Below, in pieces: positions 9,981-18,964 of a stretch of 64,000 bases of DNA. Under the pieces are notes generated by a model. It searched no databases. It was given only the letters and a program-made list of their open reading frames with translations, and had not been told where the DNA came from. Positions within the stretch are counted from its first letter, which is position 1; each line of letters starts with the position of its first letter. The DNA lies in IMG/VR virus record IMGVR_UViG_3300021178_000001, positions 32,001 through 96,000 of that record, one strand, 5' to 3'. Source of the stretch: a virus. Position numbers and translations under genes: made by a program.

Positions 9981-10478
9981 TTACCTCATTCCTTGCATCT
10001 GGTTGATGTAATAACTGCGTTCCATCTCATAAACTTGAGCTTGCGAGTCGTTGAACGAAGTCGGGTTCATTATGCTCTCCGGCCACTGACTCGACGCGAA
10101 GACGTTGGCGAAAGAGATCATGTTCGGGTCGTGGTTCAGGTTCAGCGAGCAGTGTCCTAGCTCATGGTACACCAGTTGCTCACGCCTCGACACGCTTATT
10201 TGCTGAAAGTACGCGGGATCGATCTGAACGTACCTCTCCCCGTTGTTCCACTTGACGCACTGCCCCGCCTCGGATTTCTGCAGCAGCGGAACGAAGTAGA
10301 CGGTGTAGTAGACCGAGACGTTGAACTCTTCCTCAAACTTGCTCACTAAGGACTCCATCGCCGGATCCACGTTTCGAACCATGGGCAAGTTGAGGTAGTC
10401 CGACGGGTACTGGATGTCGTCGACTTTCTTGGCGCAGCCGAACAACACCGACACGACTATTAGTGTAATGAACTTCAT
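9981..10478 (-). CDS. lipoprotein zinc metallopeptidase (metzincin-like)
   Basis: Lipobox LFGC; HELGHCSLNLNH zinc motif; SIMNP Met-turn. Confidence 0.75.
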   Translation of the reverse strand: MKFITLIVVSVLFGCAKKVDDIQYPSDYLNLPMVRNVDPAMESLVSKFEEEFNVSVYYTVYFVPLLQKSEAGQCVKWNNGERYVQIDPAYFQQISVSRREQLVYHELGHCSLNLNHDPNMISFANVFASSQWPESIMNPTSFNDSQAQVYEMERSYYINQMQGMR

Positions 10479-11023
10479 GGCTTATGCTCGATCGTTCCGC
10501 CGCACGGACATATGTAGCGTCCAGAATCTTTGGTGGCTATCGAGTGCTGCTGTTTCTTGTGTCTAATCATGCTCAACTTAAAGTTGCGGTCGCAAGAGAC
10601 ACACTCGTAGTCGAATCGGCGTTGAACGGCTCTGAACGCCGAGACATCCATTTTGTGGTAAGTGTCGTCTGGAGCACCAAAGATCTTCATAATCGCTTTC
10701 CACTCAGGTCCGTGACCGCACTGCTTCTCGTACAACTGATTTGCCACGACGTGAGCCAACTCGTGAAGATATGTAGGAATCAACTCGTCGGGATTCACGG
10801 CCAAAAGTCGTGCATTTAAGTGAATTTTGGCGATCTTTGACCAAGCTTTGCCCGCGCAAGTTCTCAAACGTTCGGATAACTCCACTTGAACTCGGTCAAC
10901 TTTAGTGAAAACGGCGAGCGACTCATCGCAAGGAAAAGCTCTTCGAAGTCTCAGCATAGCACCTAAATGCGCCGCCTCGAGTTGAGGGATCAATTTTTTG
11001 CGTTTCAAAGTGATGACTTTCAT
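10475..11023 (-). CDS. SprT-like zinc metalloprotease
   Basis: RLRTCAG, HELAH, HGPEWK..M and C-terminal CxxC...CPC zinc ribbon. Confidence 0.85.
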   Translation of the reverse strand: MKVITLKRKKLIPQLEAAHLGAMLRLRRAFPCDESLAVFTKVDRVQVELSERLRTCAGKAWSKIAKIHLNARLLAVNPDELIPTYLHELAHVVANQLYEKQCGHGPEWKAIMKIFGAPDDTYHKMDVSAFRAVQRRFDYECVSCDRNFKLSMIRHKKQQHSIATKDSGRYICPCGGTIEHKP

Positions 11024-11030
11024 GGGAACC

Positions 11031-11306
11031 TCAAAGTTTTTTAATAAGTTTCAATGCGCCGATCTTCTTGGCGCATCCGCTGCCCAAAACGATCTCACAA
11101 GTGGCGGCGGGATCTTCCTTGATCTCTTCTACTGAAGAAGCCGCCGAGATGTAGATCGGATTGGCTGGGAAATGCTCTCGTTCGCAAACCTCGCACTGAA
11201 AGTTGGTGTTACCCATCTCCCAGCGACGAAGCGTGAGGCCTAGGCTCAGCATGTACTTGATTCGATATTCAATTTCGATTGCTTTGTTCACATAGTCCTC
11301 GTCCAT
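11031..11306 (-). CDS. hypothetical protein with Cys motif
   Basis: CEVC...GSGC. Confidence 0.55.
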   Translation of the reverse strand: MDEDYVNKAIEIEYRIKYMLSLGLTLRRWEMGNTNFQCEVCEREHFPANPIYISAASSVEEIKEDPAATCEIVLGSGCAKKIGALKLIKKL

Positions 11307-11488
11307 TTGCCGTTTATTTTTTCAAACAGTTGTCCTTGGAATATCTTACATTCAGGTGGTGGTGTATAACCAAGTTGTATAATGGGAGCACCCAACTTTT
11401 GGCGTGCAACACAAAGAAAGTGAGCTGTAATTCTAGGGTCGGGTTCTAAGTTACCGTCGCAAATTGTACATCTCTTTTGGTTGCTCAT
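11288..11488 (-). CDS. small Cys/His-rich hypothetical protein
   Basis: CTIC..HFLC; GAGG RBS. Confidence 0.5.
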   Translation of the reverse strand: MSNQKRCTICDGNLEPDPRITAHFLCVARQKLGAPIIQLGYTPPPECKIFQGQLFEKINGKWTRTM

Positions 11489-11490
11489 AA

Positions 11491-11565
11491 TCACCTCAAA
11501 ATAAGTTTAAGAACGATTTTGATGGCTCGGTACCAAGTGTTTCGGTTCAAGTTAATGTTGCTCAT
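11491..11565 (-). CDS. 24-aa peptide, first gene of the inverted cassette
   Basis: MSNINLNRNTWYRAIKIVLKLILR*; TAAGAT -10 box 6 nt upstream of ATG; its end supplies the RBS of the next gene. Confidence 0.45.
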   Translation of the reverse strand: MSNINLNRNTWYRAIKIVLKLILR

Positions 11566-11599
11566 AGATCTATCTTACCATTGCTGGCTTAAAAGTACA
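11566..11599 (-). promoter_or_regulatory. sigma70-like promoter for the inverted cassette (TGTACT-N16-TAAGAT, TG extension)
   Basis: Reverse complement reads TGTACTtttaagccagcaatggTAAGATagatctATG. Confidence 0.5.
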
Positions 11600-11645
11600 G
11601 TTATTTGTTCTTCAATAAAATCCGTTAGTTATCTAATCAACCGAG

Positions 11646-11713
11646 GGAACTCTAGACGGTATATTCTCACATTTTGATCTATTACTGAGGAATATACCCC
11701 GTTAGAAGAGTTC
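11646..11713. other. long imperfect inverted repeat in the divergent intergenic region
   Basis: GAACTCT/AGAGTTC and GGTATATTC/GAATATACC arms. Confidence 0.55.
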
Positions 11714-11771
11714 GGGAACCAGGTGGATATAATTGGGTGTAGGTCTAAGACTCACTTCGGAGACTCCCCAA

Positions 11772-14414
11772 TTGATCCTCTCACGCTCAAAGCTTAATCC
11801 CCAGCAGCGCTTTGACCTCGAAGCCTACGTCGCCGAACAAGCCGCTTGCCGAGTCGACTCCAAGCTGTACGTTCAAAAGTTCCTCAGTTCTCAGAACCAC
11901 ATCTTGAACGGCTTCGCCGTCTCCGGCATAGGGCTCACCTCAGCCGTCGTGGGGATGGCGAACGCCGCCTTGATCGCACCGCAAAACTCGGTTGACTTCT
12001 CTTACTTCGTCTCGGCTCCCTCAGACCCAGACGTCACGATCGCCGCTTCGTCGCTCACGGTCAGTTCCCGCAACTATTTAGAAGCGAGTCTAGCCACTTT
12101 GGACGGAACCCCGATCGTCTCAGCGTTTTGGGACCCAGAAGCCAACGCTGGAAATGGCGCAGAGTTCAACCAAATCGTCAACACGATCACTGACCTAGAA
12201 GTTAAGTTCGTCGTTTTGACGGGTGGGTTCTCCGGAAGTCCCGACCGACTTCCCGTGGCGATCGTAGACGTGGACGGATCGGGAGTAATCAAACTCATCC
12301 TCGACCGCCGCGAGTTGTACGGCCGCCTCTCTAAGCCAGAGAACTTGGACAATTCCTACGCTTGGGGATCTAAAGTAGAGCCGGTTTACTCGCTCAACCT
12401 GACTTCAGAGTCTGGCACCTTCGTCTCGGGCGAGACTTTGACCATCGGCGGCGAGACCGCTACGGTCGTTTCAGGCGGCACGACCAACATCACCTTCAAC
12501 GCTCCCACGGGAATCAATTACTTCAACGGAAGTTCGGTTACGGGCGGAACTTCGGGAGCTACGGGCACAGTAAACACCGTCCTCGAGAGCTTTACCGGAG
12601 TAGACAAGAATCTCTACGCTCAAAAGGATATCAACGACGCTCTGGCGACCGAGCTCAAGACGATCAAGGACGTTCGTTTTTGGTGGCAAGACGTCGACTA
12701 CTCCTCGGACGTTCGAGGCGTTGAAAACGACCCCCTCGCTCGCCGAGTCGGAGTTCTGACCGACGCCGTCGGAGACGAGCAAGAAGATCGGTCGGGATAC
12801 CTCAGGTCCGACGACCCCGTCGCTTGGGACGGCAACTCGCTTTCCTTCACCGCCAACTTAGTTTTAGAGTTCGTCAACACCAAGAGCGGAACTCTCACTC
12901 AACACACCGTCCTTTTGGCCGGAAGTCCCATAGTTCTCAACAATTTAGAGTCCGCCTACGTCCTGATCAATCGATCTTCGACTTCTGAGAACGTCTCGGT
13001 CATTCGCTCCGGCACGACTCCTATTCCCGCTCAGTCTCAAAGCGAAAAAGACGTCTTCGTATTGTTCCGACGCCAAGACGCGGCGGCTGGCCACTTCCTC
13101 CACATCCCTTTCCACAAACAACTCTTGACTCCGGGATCTACGGTGCGTTTGGGCGCGACTGGAACGGGTGGAGGCGGAGGAGGTGGAGGCGGAACTTCAC
13201 CGTTGTTCGAGCAAGAAGTACCTTCTGGAACCGTAAACGGAGTCAACAACTCGTTCGCGCTGTCCCACACTCTGAAGACTAGTTCTGCGGCTGTAGTCTT
13301 GTTAGATACCTTGAAAGTGCCGGCTAGTCAAGTTTCGGTGACTGGAACTTCCGTAACTTTTTCTGGTTCGTCAACTCCTCAATTCGGTCAACGAGTCGAA
13401 GTTTTTTACATAGCCGACACCATAAACACACTCACCAGTTCGCAAGAAGTCCCCTCGGGAACTATCAACGGGTCCAACGCCACGTTTACTTTGGCTGGAA
13501 CTCCCCCCAACGCCGCGTCGATCTTGGTGTTCGTAGACGGCAAGAAAGCCAACGTCTCTGAGTGGAACTTGGTCGGAACGAACCAAATCGTCTTCACGGC
13601 TGGAAACATTCCGCAAGTCGGTCAGAGTTTGGAAGCGTTCTTCGTCCAAAGTTTAGGGACCACTTCGGTAGTTCAAGAAATTCCCTCCGGAACCGTAGAT
13701 GGCTCTAACGACACTTTCTCACTTTCGGTAAGTGCTCCCTACAAGAACGCTGCGGCAGTGTTCGTGGACGGGCGCAAGTCCGCTTTGGGCGACTGGAGTC
13801 TAATCTCCAGCGGCTCTGAAGTTAGGTTCGGGTCCGGATTCATTCCTCAACCCGGCCAGCGCGTAGAACTCTACTACTTCGTCGTCACGGGCGGAGGAGG
13901 CGGAAGCTCTGAGTCCCTCAACGACGCTTACCTCGTAGGCGCGACTATCACTACCACCTCGGGTGTTCCCTTCACGGTCGGCGGCGCGGCTTCCAAAGTA
14001 GCGGTCTTCAACGGCGACATCACGGTTACCGGCGTCATAGACCCCAAGGGACTAACTTTTGATCCCCAAGGTTCCACTCCGTTGACTGGATCTCAGAACG
14101 GGATTTGGGCGACTTCGGCCGGCGACTTGATCCATTCTCGTCCCAGCATGCCGGACGTGAACCTCACGCAAACGGCAGTTTCTAGCTACAAAGTCAACCG
14201 ATTCACGTTGTCTCCCACTGATATCACTAACGGATTCGTGACGCTGAGCGGAAATCCAGTTACAGTTTCCAGTACAATCTTAAATGTAATAGGCCTCGTT
14301 ACTCAAAGTTACGGGGACGATTTTACAGTCAGCGGCGCAACGCTGAGCTGGACCGGTTTAGGACTGGATGGAATTCTAAGTTCTGGAGACAAGTTAGTAG
14401 TTCAGTTTAGCTAA
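11772..14414 (+). CDS. tail fibre/baseplate attachment protein
   Basis: Probable TTG start after GGAG; Gly linkers; three about 78-aa repeats QEVPSGTVNG.N..F.L...PQ.GQ.VE.FY. Confidence 0.7.
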   Translation: MILSRSKLNPQQRFDLEAYVAEQAACRVDSKLYVQKFLSSQNHILNGFAVSGIGLTSAVVGMANAALIAPQNSVDFSYFVSAPSDPDVTIAASSLTVSSRNYLEASLATLDGTPIVSAFWDPEANAGNGAEFNQIVNTITDLEVKFVVLTGGFSGSPDRLPVAIVDVDGSGVIKLILDRRELYGRLSKPENLDNSYAWGSKVEPVYSLNLTSESGTFVSGETLTIGGETATVVSGGTTNITFNAPTGINYFNGSSVTGGTSGATGTVNTVLESFTGVDKNLYAQKDINDALATELKTIKDVRFWWQDVDYSSDVRGVENDPLARRVGVLTDAVGDEQEDRSGYLRSDDPVAWDGNSLSFTANLVLEFVNTKSGTLTQHTVLLAGSPIVLNNLESAYVLINRSSTSENVSVIRSGTTPIPAQSQSEKDVFVLFRRQDAAAGHFLHIPFHKQLLTPGSTVRLGATGTGGGGGGGGGTSPLFEQEVPSGTVNGVNNSFALSHTLKTSSAAVVLLDTLKVPASQVSVTGTSVTFSGSSTPQFGQRVEVFYIADTINTLTSSQEVPSGTINGSNATFTLAGTPPNAASILVFVDGKKANVSEWNLVGTNQIVFTAGNIPQVGQSLEAFFVQSLGTTSVVQEIPSGTVDGSNDTFSLSVSAPYKNAAAVFVDGRKSALGDWSLISSGSEVRFGSGFIPQPGQRVELYYFVVTGGGGGSSESLNDAYLVGATITTTSGVPFTVGGAASKVAVFNGDITVTGVIDPKGLTFDPQGSTPLTGSQNGIWATSAGDLIHSRPSMPDVNLTQTAVSSYKVNRFTLSPTDITNGFVTLSGNPVTVSSTILNVIGLVTQSYGDDFTVSGATLSWTGLGLDGILSSGDKLVVQFS

Positions 14415-14434
14415 TTAAAAAAAAAGAGTAAAAC

Positions 14435-16234
14435 ATGTCGCAACTCGTAACCAAAGGTATAACTAATCTCGCCGTCACAAACGCGAAGATCGCCAACGCA
14501 ACCATTGACTTGACTTCTAAAGTCACGAACCAACTCCCCATCGCCAACGGCGGTACCGGGCAGTCGACTGCAAACGCCGCTTTCGCCGCTCTCTCCCCAA
14601 TGACGACGGCCGGCGACATCATTTACGAGAACGCCACTCCGGCGCCGGCTCGTCTCCCGATCGGGTCCAACGGCCAAGTGCTCACGGTTTCTTCTGGACT
14701 CCCAGTTTGGTCCTCGGTCGCAGCCAGCGCCAACCAGCAGCTGAGCAACCTCTCCGGAACCGTAGCAGTAAACCTCAGCCTCAATCCGGGCGCCGACAAC
14801 AGCATCAACCTCGGTTCCAGCTCCTTCTCTTGGGCCGCAGCCAACATCCACGTGTTGAACGACTCCGCGGGCGGTTCTTCGGTAGACGTCTACAACCGCG
14901 TCTTGAAAGATTCTGCGGGCGCGACTCAACTTCAGTGGTCCACCTCGGGCGTCGAGATCAACTCGGCTAACCTGAACATGAACTCGCACCTCATCAACAA
15001 CCTCGCCAACGGCGTGGTGAGAAGCGACGCCATCAACTTGGGTCAACTCCAAGACATGGTCAACGGCCTCTCCTGGAAGACCGTGGTTCGGTCCGCCACT
15101 ACGGCGGCTCTTCCGGCCAACACTTACGCCAACGGTTCCTCGGGCGTCGGCGCTACCCTCACTGGAAACTCCAACGGAGCTCTCTCGGCTCAAGACGGCG
15201 TGACTCTGGTCCTCAACGACCGCTTGCTCGTCAAGAACGAAGCGGCAACCGCCAACAACGGCATCTACTACGTTTCTCAAGTCGGTTCCGGTGGAACTCC
15301 CTACATCTTGACTCGCGCCACGGACTCCGACACGTCGGCTAAACTGGTGTTCGAGGCCGTTCAAGTCGGAAGCGAAGCTTCCACTCAAGCCGGTTACTCT
15401 TACCGCGAGAGTGACCCGGCTCCGATTACCATCGGTACGACCAGCATCGACTACGTCAACTGGGCTACTGGAGTCGCCTACAACTTTAGGAACGGTCTCA
15501 GCGTCAGCGGAGCCAACGTGGACGTTGCTCCCGGCGACAACTCGCTGACCTCGACGGCTGGTTCCCTGATCGTTAAGGAAGATCCCGCGGGCGCGATCAT
15601 CACGGGCGCTTCCGGTATCAAAGTTCAGCTCGAGTCTTCGAACCCGTCGCTGCAAATTTCGAGCAACAAGCTCGGAGTCAAGTTCGACCCAGCTGGAGCT
15701 CTAGCTTCTGGAGCTGCTGGCGTAGCAGTTCAAGTGGACAACTCCACGATCGAGATCTCGTCCGACGCTCTCCGAGTCAAGGACGCCGGGATTACGCTCG
15801 CTAAACTCGCTTCGAACTCCGTGGACGAGAACAAGATCGTCTCGACGGCGCTCAGTTCGACCGGTGCCTTGAGCGGCGGTTCTGGAACCAAACTCGCGGT
15901 TAAAGTCGACGCCGCTACAGTCAAGATCAACGGTTCCGACAACCTCGAAGGTCTCAAGGGCAACGAGGAACACCCGACTCTTTCTTCAACCGACATCACG
16001 AACCAGTACTTCGACCTCGCTCACGCGGCTTACGGCGCCAGTGCTTCGGTGAACAGCATCTCGCTGAGCGCCGTCGGACTCTTGGAGCAGTCAAAGACTG
16101 TGGACTACACCGTGTCGCTCACGGGCGGTTCTGGCGGAGTCACGAGGATCACTTTCGCGGGCGACTTGGCGACGGGCGGCAACGCTGCTCTAGTCTCGGG
16201 AGACATTCTTCAGATCAAGTACGATTACCTCTAA
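14435..16234 (+). CDS. tail fibre protein
   Basis: LPIANGGTG motif, DRLLVKNE...NNGIY..V..LTRATD domain, collar/shaft repeats. Confidence 0.75.
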   Translation: MSQLVTKGITNLAVTNAKIANATIDLTSKVTNQLPIANGGTGQSTANAAFAALSPMTTAGDIIYENATPAPARLPIGSNGQVLTVSSGLPVWSSVAASANQQLSNLSGTVAVNLSLNPGADNSINLGSSSFSWAAANIHVLNDSAGGSSVDVYNRVLKDSAGATQLQWSTSGVEINSANLNMNSHLINNLANGVVRSDAINLGQLQDMVNGLSWKTVVRSATTAALPANTYANGSSGVGATLTGNSNGALSAQDGVTLVLNDRLLVKNEAATANNGIYYVSQVGSGGTPYILTRATDSDTSAKLVFEAVQVGSEASTQAGYSYRESDPAPITIGTTSIDYVNWATGVAYNFRNGLSVSGANVDVAPGDNSLTSTAGSLIVKEDPAGAIITGASGIKVQLESSNPSLQISSNKLGVKFDPAGALASGAAGVAVQVDNSTIEISSDALRVKDAGITLAKLASNSVDENKIVSTALSSTGALSGGSGTKLAVKVDAATVKINGSDNLEGLKGNEEHPTLSSTDITNQYFDLAHAAYGASASVNSISLSAVGLLEQSKTVDYTVSLTGGSGGVTRITFAGDLATGGNAALVSGDILQIKYDYL

Positions 16235-16246
16235 GAAACTAACAGT

Positions 16247-16328
16247 GGGGTGGGGAAGTAATTCTCCGCCCTTATAGACCGGCTGAAATGCCGAAGCTGC
16301 TCCGGATGGGGTGGTCTCGTGAGAGATC
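16247..16328 (+). ncRNA. candidate structured RNA or cis-regulatory element between tail fibre genes
   Basis: GGGGTGGGGAA-GTAA-TTCTCCGCCCT, CGGC-TGAAAT-GCCG and GGTCTC-GTGA-GAGATC hairpins, two with GNRA loops; family not recognised. Confidence 0.4.
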
Positions 16329-16342
16329 AAAAAGGAAAGTAA

Positions 16343-18412
16343 ATGAGTCAAATTAAGACAAAAGGCATAACTGACAAGAACGTCACTGCCGCTAAGTTGG
16401 GCTCGGGTGCGGCAACCACTGGGCAAGTAGTCATAGCAGACGGTTCTGGCGGAGCTAGTTATTCCTCGACTCCCACACTTTCTGGTCCGGTGGTCGGTAC
16501 TCAGAGTTCTTCCGACAACAGCACTAAAGCGGCCTCGACTGCTTTCGTGGCGACGGCAATCACCAATGCTTTGGCTGCGTTTCAACCTCTCGAAGCAACC
16601 TACGCCGCTTCAACTACCAACATCGTCGGCACCTATGTGAACGGAGTCTCTGGAGTCGGAGCTACTTTCACCGTTACAGCGACCGGAGCATTCTCGATAG
16701 ACGGAGTTTCTCCACCGTCGGGATCCCGCGTCTTGTTGAAGGATCAGAGTTCTGGTTTTCAGAACGGAGTGTACGATCTAACTACTGTAGGTACTACAGG
16801 TATCTCTCCCGTTCTAACTAGATCTGCCGACTTCAACACTACTACTGCTATGAACGCCGGTGACTTAATTCCAGTCGTCAACGGTACCGCAAATGCCTTA
16901 ACTTCTTGGCTTCAAACCGCTACAATAACTACGATCGGGACAGACAGTTTAGTTTTTGCAGAGTACTCAAAGAACCCCTCTTCCTACGTGTCCAGCACTC
17001 TGACTAGCGCCCATATTTTGGTGGGCAACGGATCCAACGTTGCCACTGATGTTGCCGCTTCTGGTGATTTAACTTTAGCAAACACTGGTGCATTCACTAT
17101 AGCGAACAACGCGGTTACTAACACCAAGTTAGCTCAGATGGTAGCCAATACAGTAAAAGCCAACAACACGGGCAGTACGGCTAATGCGTCTGACGTAACT
17201 TTAACGGCGAATGCCACGGCATCTTCGGTTATGTCTCGCGATACCAACGCCAATACAACTGCGAACAGTTTCATAGAGGGTTATACCACTACCGCTAGTG
17301 CCGCTGGAACCACTACGCTTACTGTTGGTAGCACCGAACAACAGTACTTTACCGGGACGACCACTCAAACTGTCGTGTTGCCGGTAGTCAGTACTTTGGT
17401 CCTTGGTCAAAAGTTTCAAGTAGTCAATAACAGCACCGGAGTCGTGACAGTTCAGTCCAGTGGGGCAAACACAGTTCAAGCCATGGCTGCGAGTACCTCG
17501 GCTTGGTTCACTGTAATCCTAGTTACTGGAACCACGGCCGCTTCGTGGAGTACAGTCTACATCGCGGGCTCTATAAGTACGCCAGTAAGCGTCGCTAACG
17601 GAGGAACCGGAGATACGACGCTTACTGCCCACGGCGTGCTGATCGGCAACGGCACTAGCGCGGTGAGCGTGACCGGCACTGGTACAACTGGGCAAGTTCT
17701 AACATCTAACGGGTCGAGTGCTGATCCCACTTTCCAGACAGCTAGTGGTGGTTCTTCAACTGCGCCGACAGTTCAAACGTTCACTTCTGGATCAGGTACT
17801 TATACTAGACCAACCTCTCCTACTCCACTTTATCTACGAGTGAGAATGGTCGGAGGCGGAGGCGGAGGCGGGGGTGACGGCACTGGAAGCGGAGCAAACG
17901 GAACTAGTGGAACTGCGAGTACGTTTGGAACTTCTTTGCTAAGCGCCAACGGTGGTATTAGAGGTATTACGGGTCAGAGTAGTGGACAAGGAGGAAGACA
18001 AGCTACCCAAATTCCCACCATAAACAGTCCAGCAATCGGTACGGGAGTACCCGGAGGATCTGGAAATTCCGGAGGTACTGCCACGTCGTCGGCGAACGGT
18101 CTCGGCGGAACTGGCGGATGCTCCGGTATACTAGGAAGCGGCAGTGGAGAGGGTGGCGGAGGCGGTGGTGCTGGTGGAAACGCTGCTACTAATTCTGGTG
18201 GCGGAGGCGGTGGTGCTGGGTCTAATACTACCACTAACGGGGTTACGGGCGGAGGTGGTGGTGCTGGAGCTTCTGGTATAGACGCGATCATTCCAAGTCC
18301 AAGCGCAACGTACTCGTACACTGTCGGTACCGGTGGTACTGGTGGCGCCGGAGGCGTCACCGGCGGCAACGGCGCCGCGGGATATATTATAGTGGAAGAA
18401 CATTATCAATAA
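16343..18412 (+). CDS. tail fibre protein with C-terminal glycine-rich domain
   Basis: DNSTKAASTAFV, SVANGGTG, VRMVGGGGGG...G.IIVEE; shares N-terminus and an internal domain with the upstream fibre. Confidence 0.75.
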   Translation: MSQIKTKGITDKNVTAAKLGSGAATTGQVVIADGSGGASYSSTPTLSGPVVGTQSSSDNSTKAASTAFVATAITNALAAFQPLEATYAASTTNIVGTYVNGVSGVGATFTVTATGAFSIDGVSPPSGSRVLLKDQSSGFQNGVYDLTTVGTTGISPVLTRSADFNTTTAMNAGDLIPVVNGTANALTSWLQTATITTIGTDSLVFAEYSKNPSSYVSSTLTSAHILVGNGSNVATDVAASGDLTLANTGAFTIANNAVTNTKLAQMVANTVKANNTGSTANASDVTLTANATASSVMSRDTNANTTANSFIEGYTTTASAAGTTTLTVGSTEQQYFTGTTTQTVVLPVVSTLVLGQKFQVVNNSTGVVTVQSSGANTVQAMAASTSAWFTVILVTGTTAASWSTVYIAGSISTPVSVANGGTGDTTLTAHGVLIGNGTSAVSVTGTGTTGQVLTSNGSSADPTFQTASGGSSTAPTVQTFTSGSGTYTRPTSPTPLYLRVRMVGGGGGGGGDGTGSGANGTSGTASTFGTSLLSANGGIRGITGQSSGQGGRQATQIPTINSPAIGTGVPGGSGNSGGTATSSANGLGGTGGCSGILGSGSGEGGGGGGAGGNAATNSGGGGGGAGSNTTTNGVTGGGGGAGASGIDAIIPSPSATYSYTVGTGGTGGAGGVTGGNGAAGYIIVEEHYQ

Positions 18413-18471
18413 TATCAATCAAATAGAAGAACTAACTTCGGTGATATAATCTATACGAGGACTTGAAATTT

Positions 18472-18963
18472 ATGAGCGGTAAAATACAGAACGAAGACAT
18501 CAAGAGCTCGGCCGAGATCGTTACAGCCGGTGGAACTGTAGCTCAGTTGCCCAACGACTCCAAGATCTACGTGACGGGTAATGGCTTGAACGAACTCTTG
18601 TCTTCAGCTATATCCAACGGCGACTTATCTAGATCACTGAGAACGCTAAATTCTCAGACTGGAACTTCTTACACTTTCGTTCTCAGCGACGGTTCCTTGA
18701 ACGGAACTCAGCCCCTAGTGCTGGGCTCCAACGCAGCGCCTCAAGCTTTTACAGTTCCAACTAACGCTTCGGTAGCTTTTCCAGTAGGCACTCAGATCGA
18801 TGTGAGTCAAGGCGGAGCCGGTAAATTAACCTTAGTCGCTGCGGGCGGCGTGACGATCAATTCTAAGGCGGGCAACTTGTCTGCCAGCGCCCAGTATGTG
18901 GCTATGACCCTAATAAAGACGGCGACCGACGTTTGGCTCTTAATCGGAGATCTGGGAGCTTAA
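18472..18963 (+). CDS. tail fibre-associated adaptor protein
   Basis: NSQTGTSYT...VAFPVGTQI.V.Q.GAG...LIK..TDVWLL.GDL domain typical of phage fibre modules. Confidence 0.65.
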   Translation: MSGKIQNEDIKSSAEIVTAGGTVAQLPNDSKIYVTGNGLNELLSSAISNGDLSRSLRTLNSQTGTSYTFVLSDGSLNGTQPLVLGSNAAPQAFTVPTNASVAFPVGTQIDVSQGGAGKLTLVAAGGVTINSKAGNLSASAQYVAMTLIKTATDVWLLIGDLGA

Positions 18964-18964
18964 T

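Noticed and set aside
14411-15655. 414-aa antisense ORF, and many similar antisense ORFs across the structural genes
   Set aside because: Shadow frames caused by the C/G-ending codon bias of the sense genes; no RBS or recognisable motifs.
16280-16300. CTGAAATGCCGAAG as a hammerhead ribozyme core
   Set aside because: It lacks the CUGANGA-stem-GAAA arrangement; kept only as an unassigned structured RNA.
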